DNA of 63,984 nucleotides, filler included, from Perkinsus olseni (taxonomy: Eukaryota): assembly GCA_013115125.1 (NCBI GenBank). It is 15 parts of 15 records of this genome, joined end to end, with 100 filler letters (N's around TTAATTAATTAA, not from the genome) between each part and the next. Parts side by side here need not be neighbours in the genome. Positions count along the whole stretch, not along the records: positions 21,914 to 26,159 come from JABANN010001298.1; positions 26,260 to 30,502 come from JABANN010001299.1; positions 30,603 to 34,843 come from JABANN010001300.1; positions 34,944 to 39,181 come from JABANN010001301.1; 11 more parts are not named here. One strand, written 5' to 3'. The position numbers and the translations under genes are program-made. The notes beneath the pieces were generated by a model. That model was not told the DNA's origin. It made no database searches and was given only the letters and a program-made list of their open reading frames with translations. This document shows, piece after piece, positions 24,694-38,209 of the stretch (position 1 is its first letter; each line of letters starts with the position of its first letter).

Positions 24694-26259
24694 GCTCCTT
24701 TTGTTGATCTGTGCGATTCGATTAGGCATTTTCGGATACTAGTCATGAATCCACTTTAGTTGGTCCACTTTCCGAGTCTCATCGGAAATAGAACGGCAAG
24801 TGAAGGGGGCCTCGTATGCGACCTCATGGAGACCAATGAGAACCTTCCGCCATCGAGCACATGTACCATTTGTCACTATAATAGCCCTCCGCCGGTGGTC
24901 ACCGCTGATGTGCACAGCGCCTTTTGCATGCTACGGTTGTGCAGTTCTTTCCGAGCGTCTGCACAATATTTTTGCCGATACCCGGGAGACCCCAAGTCGT
25001 CCTCATGACCACCACAAATGTCTCCCCGCTTCGCGTTACATTACGGCGGCAGAGGGAAGTATCTATCTGATCGAGTATGTTTTGGATGTTTGTTTGGTCC
25101 CGAGTCGCTTGAATGCTCACTCAGACGACAGATATGGTCATTTCGCACTTCACCTATCTGCATTTGGTGTCGAGTGGCACACTTTGTTGATGATCTGTTG
25201 TTACATTTTGCGTTTGAAGACGCATGCAAAATTGTATTCTTGTTATCGGTATTATTATGCTCTCTATCCCTGTGTGGATTTGCAATCTCTAACCTGAAAT
25301 TTGCTATCCTAGTACACCAGTCGGTACACTCGCAGGTGCCGCCCTATCATACTTACGTTCGGGATTCCATGCCGGTCCTCGGAGTTCTGCTCTCGTACGA
25401 CCACAGGGGCTTGTGGTGGACTGTAACAGACGGTCGGGGCTCGAGAAGGCTAAACGATTGCTGAAAGCCGACAGTTGGTCAAGTCAAACAGTGTACCGCA
25501 TTGATGGCGCTCTCGGTGTTGATAAGACGGGCTTACATGCAACGTATCCGTGAACAGATGCTGGCCTATATTGATGAGGGTCTTGAACATCCAAGTCATC
25601 ACGACACCCCAATCCTGTCGTCTGCGACACCCCGATGCTCGGTCCAACAAATGGATTCAAGCGGGTCCGGTGGTCGATATTACATTTACATTCTCCTTCT
25701 TTCGGGTGAAGAAGTCCCCTTGGTGACACATAGCTAGATATTGTCTCCCTGACGAGTCCCGTATCCTTCCAATTGTCGCGAGCTATGAAGATGCCTGTGG
25801 ATACCTCCCGCTCGTGACATCTATGGATGAGAAGGGATCACACAACGCCACAGACCTAGAAACCCCAGAGGATGGTGCACACCTGGACAAAACTTGGTCG
25901 CTTCAATAAACACTAGTTTCTTGCCGACGCGAAATTGGCGCAGTGGTAGGAGCGCTTGTTATCTAGTGGATCAACCGGGATCGATCCCAAAAGTAAGCGA
26001 CTAGAAATTGAAGTGCTAGAGTCTCTGGGCCCGGGAGATGCGCGCGCGGAGCCCGCGGGCAATCATTTAATCATTATTTTTGGGCGACGCATTGCCCAGC
26101 TGTACGAAAATTCCGAAAAGTACGAAAATTCGATGTACAAAGTAATACTGTACGAGTTTNNNNNNNNNNNNNNNNNNNNNNNNNNNNNNNNNNNNNNNNN
26201 NNNTTAATTAATTAANNNNNNNNNNNNNNNNNNNNNNNNNNNNNNNNNNNNNNNNNNNN

Positions 26260-29200
26260 ATTCGCCTTCTTCCAATTTATGCGTTCCCTCGAGGATGAGT
26301 CCAAGGGTGAAGTTACTCCTTCAACTATGTAATTCGCTAATGCCTTCTGATGCCTATCGGTCGATATATTTTCCTGGATAAGAGTTTTTATCAAATGTGT
26401 TCCTCACCGTTAATATCAGTGACTGACGATAATCTCGTTTGTACAGCGTCTGTAAACTCGATTATTCTGACTAAAAAGTTGTTTTGTTCAAAGGATTCAC
26501 TGGGGTGGAGGTGAATAGCGAAATGTTTCCTATAGCCGGAGGGACAGGGCTGTATGATCACATTAGCAGACAGACAGACTTGCAGAATTACAGACCTGCA
26601 GTACAAACTTGGTTTACTAGCTACGGTAGAAGGGTATCGAGCTAGGCAGGACAATACGACCAAGACGATACGAGTGACTCCTTCCTGAGCATCCAGCTGA
26701 GGATAAAATGGTCCATTATCTCGGTGCCGCTGCACGTGTACTCGAGGTTTCATGGACTCCAGCCTGGAGACTTAGCCTCCAGGTACTCATGGAACCCACA
26801 ATCACCAACTAAAGTTTGCACGTTTATCCAAACTAGACAGCAAAAACTAAGTAGTAGTTTAGTTCCCACGTTCAGTTTGCCCTGGGAAAATATACGCCGG
26901 AAAGATGCTCATCTTGGAGGGGCGGTGCGGCAACGGTGCTGTTCTCTACCAGGGTGATCAACCCGACTCAGGGAGCATCGGTACATGATACACGGTAACA
27001 CATGCCTTTCACCGCGAGTGGCGACTTCTGTGTCTGTGGAGTTCCCCTTCGACCTGTTACGACAAAGACAGCGAAGGCGACAGTGCGTGATGGTGTGGAC
27101 CTCTTCGACTCGTCGTTTGAGTGTCTCTTTCTCATCCTGTAATGAGCGGCATTGCTGTATGAGGATCGTTGGCGTCTGGAAACTGCCGCTACCTACAGTC
27201 ACTACAGCACCCAACAACATCATCGTCACCTCGATTCCCACCTCTTCGACTTTGACTCTGTACAACCGCATTAAGTCTGCCTATCTCCCTATCCCCGTTC
27301 TCCAGCGAAGAATACTTGTTCCAGGCGTGAAAGTAAAGACCGAGCAAATAGTCACCTCTGTTGTCGAGCAGGAGCCTTAGCGACTTCCGCCAGAGTTCCT
27401 CGTAGCGAGCCTGAAAGTTCCGCAACTTCAAGTAGCGACCACCAGTCGAGCTGTACCCTCTTCGTCTCGCTCTCTGCAACGCTCCGCCGTAGCTCAGATT
27501 TTTCCTTGGCATGCCTCTGACCTTCAAGGCGCAGATGACGCTCGTTCTCTGCCATCACTTTCGCGTAGGCTCTGCGGAAAGAAGGCCTCCTCCCTCAGGC
27601 GGAGACCTGAATCTTCTCTGTGCGTCAGAAGCGAAGATCTCACTCATTGAAGGTGGCAGTTCCACCGCCAGACCGCCACCACTGCAGCTCCTGCTTGGCA
27701 TCGATCAGGCCAGTTTCCAAAACTCTACACCTTTCGGTGAGTTTCTCAACGACACGCTCGAGAGTGTGCAGGACATCTGATCTCGGGACGTGACACAAGT
27801 GGATCGTCTGAAGCACCTACGCTCGGTCTCAGCCTCGTCGTCCCTACGACCGGTGAGTGCATCAATCAACCGCTCCAGAGTGCCTCGGTCATCATCGTCC
27901 TCCTCGCCCCCGCCTACGATGGAAGGGACAACCCTGTCTCGGGGAGCAAGGGAAGGGCTCACTCCTCGGTGTTGTTTGCAGTGAGCTGGATAAGGAAGGC
28001 AGTTTCTGAACAATTGCCTTGGACAAGTGCGAAGTCAGCTCGATGTGAGATACTCACGGGATCGACGAAGACCACGGGTGGGAACTCGGCGGAAGTGATG
28101 GGAGGTGGTCCAGCGACTGGTGGCAGGGCGCCGGCACTGTCCTCAGCCCCGGGCTGCGTTAGCCGGGCTAATCTCTCCCGCAGCCGTCGGATGATCTACA
28201 TCCAGTTGACCAGTTGACTTTGCACGCGGCTCCAGCCCTTTGGAGTCCATAGGATCGCCATAATCGCTGCAGCATAGTATGGAGCCTTTCCTACCTCTTC
28301 TTGCGCGGCTCGGAGACTACCGCCTTGCTCGTTTGCTGCTTGGAGAGAACGGATCTGCAACGGCAGCCAGTGAGGAGCTTCTCAGCACAGGTTCGGAGTC
28401 CACCTTGCTCTCCCTTGCCTCAACATCTTCTTTCAATATCCGAATCTCCAACAAAGCAGAGTCTCGTTCGCGTGTGACCTGATCATCGCGATGGGCTTGG
28501 CCCGATAAAACGCGCTGAGCCCGGGCGCGCCGGGTCACCCCTCCACAGAGGGCGCAGGGACCCACTCGGAATTAACATGTAGCATGGCTGGGCCTGTGGA
28601 TGGGATGTTCGGTTGTTACCTTCTCGAGCTCTTTAGTCGTTTTGCTCAGCATCTCCACAGCCTGGTCTCTATCTGCCGGATGGAGGACTGTACTAGGCTG
28701 CCGAGGGGTGCTGCGGGAAGTGGAGTCCTGAGGGTGGTGGCAGTGCTCCCGAGGAAGCCTCAGCCGAGTTCACCTGACGCCTCTCCAGGTCGGGATCTCC
28801 TTGAAGTGTACGAACTTCGCCCTGAACACACGCCTCGGTTGGTAAAGTGAAGGCCATCTGACTTGTGCATCTCGCAGTTTCCCTTGCAGCCCGTCCGCTT
28901 CCGCTAGGTAAGCTTGAGACGCTGAGAGCGCGAGAGGACCCGAAGGTCTGCAGGGATAGGGGGTACTTCTTCTTTCAAAGTCCATAGCCTTTCTCTCCTC
29001 GTTCAAGGATCTTCTCTCCTCGCCCAATCTAATGTGCTCACTTCGAATCACGTCCACTAGCCGGGCAACTTCCTTGCGGATATCGGACTCCTGCTGCGGC
29101 AGGGTGCGCTGTAGTGTCTTGTTGTTCTCCAGAAGTGGATTTATCTGCAACCCTAGTTCACATTACTGGTAGTATGCTGATAACTAGTGATCACCCTCTT

Positions 29201-30502
29201 CATGAGCCGCCTGCCCTTGGCACCAGCCAACAGTGCCTCTCTCAACCGGGCCTCGGCATCTTGTATTTGGCCTAGGTTGAGTGGTCCATGCCGCATACTC
29301 GGACGACTACGATCCACGACCAAATTGATGGCGGTACGAGAATGGCGAACTCAAGTGGCATGCAGATAATCAAGTGACAGCGACATGTTTCATCATGAGC
29401 CCCTCATGTGGCAGCATCAACATGAATAATCGTCATCAGTGTGAGGAGCGTGAAAGCTGAGCCCCAGGCTCTAAAGGTGAGCTATGAGACCCCCCGAGCT
29501 GAAGCCTTCTTCTGCTCCTGCAGGAGGCTTCCGAGTTTCTTTTCTGTTGCTTCGGTGCAAGCCGTCTGACACTGGTTAAGCTGATAGAATGGTCTTCGCT
29601 CGGTTACCTGTGAGGGTGCTTCACAGAGGCTCCTAGTTCGCTCTAATGAGGCCTCCGCAAGCCTACAACATCTTGAACGCCACACTCGATCTGTGCAGCC
29701 ATGGACTGCATAGTGTTCCTTGAGTCCTGGACAGCCCTTCGGTCTCCCTCTTGCAGACGTTAAAGCAACTGGAGAGAACCGTCACTCCAATAGCGGACCG
29801 CGCCTCAATATCCATAGTAGCCTCCCTCACCCTGTTGTATCCTCGCTGAGCTATCAGCTTCGCTTCTCGTATCAACTCGTCGCTGCCGCTGTTGGGGTAG
29901 GGTTCATAAAGCCTGATTGCTCTCTCTACAGATAAAGCGAAGGCCTTGGCAGTCGTGAAATGGCTCGTGTTGTTATTGTCCCCCACCTGAGCTAGTGGTG
30001 TGTCTCAGGAGGAGGTATGAGGAGAATACCATTACCCTGAACCACCTCCGTAGATCTTCCACGACCCTGCGTTGTGTGATTTTGATCTCCTCGGTGAGGA
30101 GACGCTCCTCGATAATCTTGTCGATCCAGTGAGGATTAGATACGGGGAGCACCATTGCAGCACAAAAGGTATTTGGGGTAGTCAACTGGGCAGCAGAGCC
30201 TCCAACAGAGACTCTCCATTATAAGGGGACGGGTGAGTTCCAAGTCCAAGAGGCTTGAGACGACGATAATGTCTCGGCCTGTAGATACCACCACCTCCCC
30301 TTGTACCATTTCTTTCGCAACTTATATTGACACGTTATCTCAGCACAAGCCCAACTGCATAAGAAAGAGAGGAGATCGACGTCCACATCTCTTATTGCTA
30401 AACATAGGAAATTATAAACAACAAAGTCTTTACATAGTTGAAGGAGTAACTTCACCCTTGGACTCATCCTCGAGGGAACGCATAAATTGGAAGAAGGCGA
30501 AT
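26260..30502. repeat. Contig bounded by a perfect 73-bp inverted repeat (26260-26332 / 30430-30502)
   Basis: Exact reverse complement at both contig ends. Confidence 0.92.
26909..30185 (-). pseudogene. Fragmented, probably multi-exon coiled-coil protein gene
   Basis: Series of same-strand charged helical ORF pieces (LGEERRSLNEERKAMDFERR, LEIRILKEDVEARE, KEKSELRRSVAESETKR), with apparent frameshifts. Confidence 0.45.
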
Positions 30503-30603
30503 NNNNNNNNNNNNNNNNNNNNNNNNNNNNNNNNNNNNNNNNNNNNTTAATTAATTAANNNNNNNNNNNNNNNNNNNNNNNNNNNNNNNNNNNNNNNNNN
30601 NNT

Positions 30604-33600
30604 TTCTCTTATAGTGGTTCGTCTGGTCCGACTAGACCAACGACTGCTGCATCTTCGAGTGCTGCTACGCCGACTACTACCGCGCCAGCGAAGATGGGCT
30701 TGGCTATGTCTGCGATTGAGGAGACGACGCCGAAGCAAGGATCTAATGTCAGAGCTATTGTAGTGAACATTGTGGGGCAAGATGCATCCCCGATTCCTTG
30801 CGTGGCTGCCGTAGATTCATTGTGTGAGGTGTCTGTTCTTAACTCTCGTCTACTTTCGAGAATTGGACATGAACCTTCATCACTACCCCCGGTGAATCTT
30901 CAGGCGTTTGGTGGCTCGGTATGCGAGCTACGCCAATCTACTACACTCAACCTAGTATTAGGTGAGCGCAAGTGCAAGATAGATTTGTATGTTCATGATT
31001 TAGGGTGCAACATGGACATCATTATCGGCGCCAATCTACTATCATTATGGGGCTGCATTATCGATTGGTCCCAGAACATCATCATCTTTCCCGAAGGTGA
31101 GAGGTTCAACTTCCTTTCTTTGACCTCGGCTTATAAATTCTTAAGCGTAAAGCCTTTGAGTTTGGATCTGCCGGTTCCCGCAGATAGGCTTGATGACTAC
31201 CTCGGTGACCTATGCGATGAAGATCTAAGAAAGTTCCTGATCCTACGGTTAGAGGACTTCCAACTACCGCAACTCGATTTTGAGATAGAAGGTAGTGATT
31301 GTCCTTATCAATGTCATACGAGCTATGGGGTACATCCTCAGCTGCGTGAAGGTCTGGATGCTCTACTTCGGCGAATGATGGACTCACACCAACTGCGAGA
31401 AGTAGTATATCAACCTGATCGATTTATCTCACCTGCCTTTGCGAAAAGCAAAAACAGGATTGAGAATGGTGTTTTAGTGGTAAGACTCCTTGCCGATCTA
31501 CGACTGCTAAATGAGCGGGTGAAGGCACCGCCCCGTGATTGGGCCTTCGAAGCTCCATCTCTGGAGGAGTTCCTCGGAGGTATCCCTAGTGGTGATGGCT
31601 TCTATTCGGTTTTAGACATCAAGGACGCTTTTCATAGCGTCCAGTTGTCTCCGAGAGTGAAGAAGTACATGACCATCCGAGTGGGATCAAGGTTATTCGA
31701 ATATCAAGTAATGGCACAAGGACTATCCTTGTCGGCATTATATTTTAATGTCCATTTGACAGCATGTTTTAACCGGCTGTTCCATCAAGCCTGGAGACTA
31801 TGGTTATCAATATGGATCGATGATATTCTAATACATGGACAAACTCTACGGGTGACTCAGATTCGTGAGAGAATCATGAGAATTGCGGTTGATGTGCTAG
31901 AGAAGTCGGTATCGTCGAAATCATCTCCTGCGTCAGACTCTGCTGATTGTGTAGGTCTACACTTCGAGAAGGGTTACTACTGCCTCAGTACTGCATCTAT
32001 TGAGAAGCTCAAGCGAGTTCTGGATATTGAACCGCGCAACATCTCTGAGGTGAGACGCCTAATTGGAGTCATACAGTATTCGGCGACTGCTTTCCAGTTC
32101 GACCCTGGTCAGCAGAGTGGCTTCACGGAAGCATTGGCTCCAATATATGCGGTCACGACGGTCCAGAACAAGAAGTTCACATGGACTGATGAGGCTAAGC
32201 AAGGAGTACGCAGGTTGCAAGACCACCTCTTCAACTTGAAGTTGAAGCAATGTTCTATGAGTGATATCACTCGGGGAACGTGGGTCTGTATAGTGGATGC
32301 CAGTATAACTGGCTCCGGAGGCGCTTTGTTCGAGGTCAGTCCGTCGGTTCTTCCACAAGATATTACTATCGAGACTCTCCACGATAGCGAAGTGTGCTCT
32401 CTGGTGGCTATTACTAGTCATACCTTTACGTCTTCAGAACGTAAACTGCACATATTCGAGCAAGAAGGACTCTCTCTGCTAATGGCCTGGCGTCGCTGGG
32501 GGAAACTCTGGTTAACGACAAGTAGATCAAAGCCTCTGGGATCTATAAATTGTATACTGATGTCGGACTCGTCCACTGCTCTCTCTAGGTTTAAGAGCTA
32601 CACGGTGGTGGATGATCCTCTGAGTAATATTAAAGCTCGGAGATATTTGAGCTGGATATCGGAGCTTGAAGCATCAAAGTATGCCGGTATTGTGTATAAA
32701 CACATATCGGGAGAAATGAATAGCTTACCTGATATTCTCTCAAGGTTCCATGAACAGCTCGACCGGCAAGCTCAGGAGCGACTACTTAAACCTTCACAAG
32801 CTCTTGGCTATGCTTTGACGACTCCTACTGGTGAGATTTTACCTGACTCGCTGAGAGTGGTTCACTTGGCTTTTGACCGCGACCAGGTTGTCACGTTGGC
32901 CCAGCTGCAGCGACAGGATGAAAGCTTATACCAAGGAGTACGTGTGTGCGATATTATGAAGGTGATAGATGCTGATAATAGTAACGTGCCCGTTGACCTT
33001 CCGAGAATAGCGATTAATAAAATCCGTTCTTGGCTCGGACATTCTATGTGGTCTCTCGTCCATCCCAGTACCACAGGTATGGATGGGGGCAGGCAGCATC
33101 GACTACTCTACGTTCTCTCATCGTGCAGAACACTGTCACTTGAGGAGACGGATGTTAAACAACAACCACACCTGGTGGTAGTGCTATTACCTCGAGACTC
33201 TAGTGAGTCTTCTTTTCGACAGGAACTTCTGCGAGAGGCTCACGGACATGGTCATAATAGTGTGGCGGGAACTCAAAGTGAGTTACTGAGACTTTGTTGG
33301 TGGCCTGGTTGTCTAGTCGAGGTTAAGCGCTACATCAACTCATGTACTTGTAGGGAGAGTCTGGATCCTGTTCCGAGTTCTCGAAATTACGGTGTGATTC
33401 CAATGGCTTCACATCGCTTCGAAGCGATCGGATTCGATCATAAAGCTCTTCCAGAGTATGTTCATTCCACCTTTTCGGACGTACTGACGATTGTCGATCT
33501 CGCTTCAGGGTATACTGTCTATGAAGGGGTTCGCTCAGTGGGTACTGCCGAAACCGCGAGCGTGGTGCTGCGGAGGTGGGTTGGACGGTTCTCTTTGCCT

Positions 33601-34674
33601 GATCTTGTGATAACAGACCTTGCTCCGGGTTATGTTAGTAAGATGTTTGCTTTGATCAGCCAAATCATGGGTTGGAAGCACAAAACGGTTGGTGTTCATA
33701 ATGCTCAAGCAAATGGAGTTGTTGAACGGAAAAATGCAGTCCTTTCTCGCTTATTTAAAATAAGTAGGGGCTCCATTAATTCTGACGAAGATCTTCAACT
33801 GTGGCTTATGGTTGCTGAAATGACCGTTAATCAGGTTATGCGGCAAGGAGCTGGTCCGTCGGCAGAGTGCTCTACTGCTCATGAGAGGTTATATGGTGAG
33901 TCTCCACGTAGGGAGATTACCATGTGTCCCGAAGTAAATCTCGATGGTGTTAATGAGATGGGACGAGCTTGGATTCACCAACTCAAGGTGGTAGTGAACG
34001 CTTTGATTGAAGAGTACAATGTCTGGCGTTCAGAGCAAGCTCTATATAATATGCGCGATAAGCGTGCCGATCTGGCGAAACGCCGGAAGTTGGACTTGGC
34101 TTCTCGATCCGACATTGTAGAGGGAGCTCATGTTTTGTTCGAAGACCAAGAGAGAGAAGTAGTACGACTATACCGTAATCCTTTAGGGGATCCTACTATG
34201 GTTCTTCTTGATGATGGAAGCTCTGTTCAAGTATCAGCTGTTACTCTTATTAGGGATATCAGTCGCGAGCCTACCATGGTTAGCGCTAGTAGGCTGTCTA
34301 CCTATGATGAAGGCACCTTCGTTTTCTTCCGTATGAAGAGTGACCAGCCTGATGAACCAGAGTGGATGATACATGTAGGAAAGGTTGTCAACTACAATGA
34401 GGCCAAAGAGACCTATAAACTGCATGCCTACCGGGTAGGTGGCAGCAGTTCCCGACTGCGATGGTTACCACAGTGGGAAAGAGCACGCTCAGGAGGAGGA
34501 ATTGAGTATGTGAGAGCCCGGAAGTGTCCGAGCAATGCTTCTCCTTCCTTACTCGATATCAAGCGTGAAGATGTTCTGCTGGATTGTGATTTATCACCTT
34601 CAGGTAGTCTTGGGCCGAAAGCTCGCGACTGGCTCCATTATATGGGAGTGACTAAGCCGAATGCTTCGGACTGA
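30604..34674 (+). mobile_element. pol: Ty3/gypsy-type pol (PR-RT-RH-IN), intact ORF open to the contig edge; PPT near 34751-34761 and LTR start TG at 34765
   Basis: AAVDSL protease; DLRLLN, LDIKDAF and WIDD in RT; VDAS, EQE, SDS and HISGEMNSLPDILSR in RNase H; HHCC-like finger and D-D-E in integrase. Confidence 0.93.
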
Positions 34675-36247
34675 GCTTGATGCTGATAGCTATCCGTCCA
34701 GTGTTTGTATTATTTAAATACTACTTACTGTTATGTTAACTACTCCAGATAAGGATGGGGGCCCTGTAGAGGATAGCAGAGTCTTCATATTATCCTTCAT
34801 CTCTCGTAGTAACTGAGCGGTACTGTTTTTCTTTAGTTTGTGTNNNNNNNNNNNNNNNNNNNNNNNNNNNNNNNNNNNNNNNNNNNNTTAATTAATTAAN
34901 NNNNNNNNNNNNNNNNNNNNNNNNNNNNNNNNNNNNNNNNNNNCTGGTCGCAAGACAGAGTCGCCTGGGAACTACGACTTGGCATGAAGATAGAGGAGGG
35001 TGCGGTATCGCCCGATTTTGTCGTCCAACTGCACTACACCGATGAAGCACCTACCACCGAGTCATCAGATGAAATAGAGCAGATTGCTTGGGACAGTCTG
35101 CAAGCTGAGTTGCGTCAGGGAACCCCAGATGGCCGAGTGGTCGGTCGGAAGTCCACATCGGCAACAAGGCGGAATGACGAAGCTTCCCCGGCTAAGCGAG
35201 CGATGATTGGGTTATGATAGACTCTATCGAATGGAGGTGAGTGGCCCTAGATGACTCACAGAGCACGTGTGAACGGATAGTTGAACTCGACGACCAGTGA
35301 CTGTCTCTGATAGTAATCAACTTGGTTACGGTTGAGGATTGGCCATGACTATCCTGAATCAGCACCTCCCAGAACAGAGGCGTTCTAGTGATGTTGATTT
35401 TGATTGTGGATGTTACGAAATGTGATCTGCTTCGCGTTGGCGTCAGTAACTTTCTGAGGCTCTACTGAGTCACTCAAGAGTGAGGCACCTATAAGTGTGT
35501 CGAATAGCACATCAGTGTTCGGACATTACGCGATAATCACGAGTGCGATACCTCATTGCAACATGCTTACAGATGGTTCTAACATCATGGTTGTGATCGC
35601 ACGAGGGCAGGGCCTGGGCGGCTAATGCCTCCGGGCAGTTTCGGGAGATTGGCTCCTTGACTACACCTTCTCAAGTTGGAAATCTCAACGTCTGGTTGAG
35701 AAAGCGGAGTTCTATATAACGCGTTTATGCATTATGCGATCAAGTATGTTTTTGAGGAGCAGTGAGGTTGTACCCTTCAGAGTGGCAGCACCCCAACCTT
35801 TACTCCCCCGTGAGGAACTCAGCGTTGCTAAGGCTACGATAGGCGTTGAGCTATTAGAGAGCGAAAAGCAGAAGGGGATGCAAACGACGTGATCGAACAT
35901 GCTATTCGCGAAGTGGAGTACCCTTGTGTTAATGAATATCCACGCGCGGAACGGATAGGCCCCTTTATATTCGCACATCCAAATCCTCTCACTTCCGCCA
36001 ATTTGGTAGTCCCCTCATGGAACTTCCATGCAGATCTACCCAGCATCATTCACGTAAACAACGTGAATAGATCCAGTTGAGCCGTGGCGTCCACGTTCAG
36101 GATATAACGGAGTTAACACTTCCCGATGAACACGTAATAACCCGTTGCCTCGTTACCGTTTTCCACGATTGTGTTTCACAACTGCGTATTTGACACGAAG
36201 CGTTGTAGCGTTTCAAACTTGCACGGGAAATGGTGTAGTCCGGTGGA

Positions 36248-37240
36248 TCAACTCGGACTCAAACCGTGCGTGCGAAGCCAGCCGAGATTGCAAGTTGTGT
36301 TGCAATTCTGTCTTGGAGAAATGCTGAACGATTTCTTGTGGGTGAATCTAGACCGGGAGGAACCTGTCTTGTGGTGGATCAGCTCCAGACAAGTCCATAA
36401 TACCGGCACGTAGACGAAGTCAGCCTCAGTGATGACCTTCACAGAGCAGCGGCTTGACTGAAGCCATTGAGGGAACAGCACCTCAGTGTTCCAGAACTTG
36501 TTGCGAGCGTAGCAGGATAGGGCCGAGTCGGCGCTGAGCAAAGCGCTGTCGTAGGAATAAATCCTAACGTCAGTGGGGCAATCTTGTAGGGGTTCCCTAG
36601 GGCCCACAAAGATAGGATAGTGGTCGAAAGCATGGAAGTGGACCATTTCGATCCACCGGCAATCGCGGCCTAGAAATTCCTGATGCTTCCGGATTTCAGT
36701 TGAAGCAAGCTGATACCACCAGCTGGCTTCTCTAGTCCCGAGCCGAGAACTGATCTCCGGCAACATGTCTAAGATGAGGACGGCAACACCTTGAGCGCAG
36801 TCAAGAAGGAACCGTTGCGGCTCTTTCGCGATCAGCAGGAAAAAGGCGTCAGACATTTCATTGTGTTTCACGACACTATCACCGACGGAGACCTTGGCGA
36901 GCCTCTGGTTGAAGAAGAGCGTCTTCCAGAAGGAATCTTTGATGAGCTCGTGAACTTCCCCTCGGCATTGTAGCTCGGTTCGGTCTAGGTCGACCTGTCC
37001 TGCATCGATGGTGTCGAAGCAAGTGCCGAAGATTTCATCCATGATTCGGAATCTCTCCTGGGTAGCGGGAGTAGGGTCGTGACAGCAGATGTCGTACGAA
37101 AAGAAGCCGTCCCAGCATCCCTCCTGATGGTTGGGGTCGCAGCAGACTTCAGGCGACAGGGTACCGGAGAACCAACAGGTCCGATGGCCGATAGCCGCGG
37201 CTCCCACGACCACGTTCAGGGATAACGTCGAGAAATTCAT
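36248..37240 (-). CDS. Exostosin/GT47-like glycosyltransferase, N-terminal part, apparently truncated
   Basis: VRIYSYD..EVLFPQWLQSS..EADFVYVPV GT47 motifs; N-terminal signal and two CW-x7/8-CC repeats. Confidence 0.7.
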   Translation of the reverse strand: MNFSTLSLNVVVGAAAIGHRTCWFSGTLSPEVCCDPNHQEGCWDGFFSYDICCHDPTPATQERFRIMDEIFGTCFDTIDAGQVDLDRTELQCRGEVHELIKDSFWKTLFFNQRLAKVSVGDSVVKHNEMSDAFFLLIAKEPQRFLLDCAQGVAVLILDMLPEISSRLGTREASWWYQLASTEIRKHQEFLGRDCRWIEMVHFHAFDHYPIFVGPREPLQDCPTDVRIYSYDSALLSADSALSCYARNKFWNTEVLFPQWLQSSRCSVKVITEADFVYVPVLWTCLELIHHKTGSSRSRFTHKKSFSISPRQNCNTTCNLGWLRTHGLSPS

Positions 37241-38209
37241 TTCAAAACCCTCGAGAGGGATGCAAACACCAACTCGAAATATCTCCACCTAGAACTACGA
37301 CTCGCTTCATCAGCAGTCCACTTCAACCCACCCCCTTTTTGTTTCGGTATCTTCCGAGCTTTTGATCAAGTTCCATCAGGCCTTAGGCAGAAGTGATAAA
37401 GGACATATCAAGGATCTCGGCAGCCGCCATGATTGATGATTGAATCATGCCGAGTCGGCATTGCCGACGTTCACATCCCGGTATCCGATCTCGACGGAAA
37501 CAAATAAGTTCCCTCGCCGATGTTCCTACGACATTCATTACCAAGCGTACATACTCTTTGTTATAATTTATCAGCAACAGACCGAACAAATTACCGCATC
37601 ACTTCCGATAGGTGACGACCGTAGACTCGAGTGGCACTCACTTCAGCTGTAAGGGAGGCAGCACGTCGCTGCGAGGTCCCCTTCGTGACGGATTTGCATG
37701 AAATTATCCGAAGCCGAAGGGATTAGCAGATTTCTCGAAAGGCTGTTACAGCGCTCCGGCTCAGCGTGTTCTTCCACTCATCCGGTGGATCGAGTCGGAT
37801 CCGAGCCGGTCATGCGGAGTCAGCCGAGATTACGAGTGATTGTTGGGGTGCCGCTAACCCGCACTCTTGAAACCCGACACAGCCTCAGCCCAGTAGCGAA
37901 GTGTCCGTTGAAGGGCACCGTAAAATGAGATGATCTCGAGCATGAAGCTCAAGAAGAAAAAGACCCTTGCGTGTTCAAGTACAACTTGTACTGACCAAGG
38001 GCGGCGAAGGTAGGGCAGATTGCCCCGAGCAGTGCTTGTATAAGGCACAAGAAATAAGAAGTAGGACAGTAGTAAGTTAGCAGGTACAGAAGCTCCCCAC
38101 CATCATCGGGTCTCCACATTGGAGTGAACTTCGCACGAGCAAAATTTTGCGACCCCCAAAAAACGGCCGATAGACCACGGGACGGATTGATCGGGGGGCT
38201 CGAACGTCT

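Larger units (their letters stand above)
21914..26159 (+). mobile_element. Degenerate LTR-retrotransposon unit with 239-bp terminal redundancy (21914-22152 = 25921-26159; period 4007 bp)
   Basis: Ser-type PBS TGGCGCAGTGGTAGGA (21929-21944 and 25936-25951); integrase piece PFVRIH..GP..IIDSYSKF; RNase H end HLTGISNTRADGLSR; gag piece 24154-24693; internal duplication 23166-23347 vs 25603-25784. Confidence 0.7.

Noticed and set aside
25750-25790. CTGACGAG as a second hammerhead core (also at 23312)
   Set aside because: No stem II or GAAA follows
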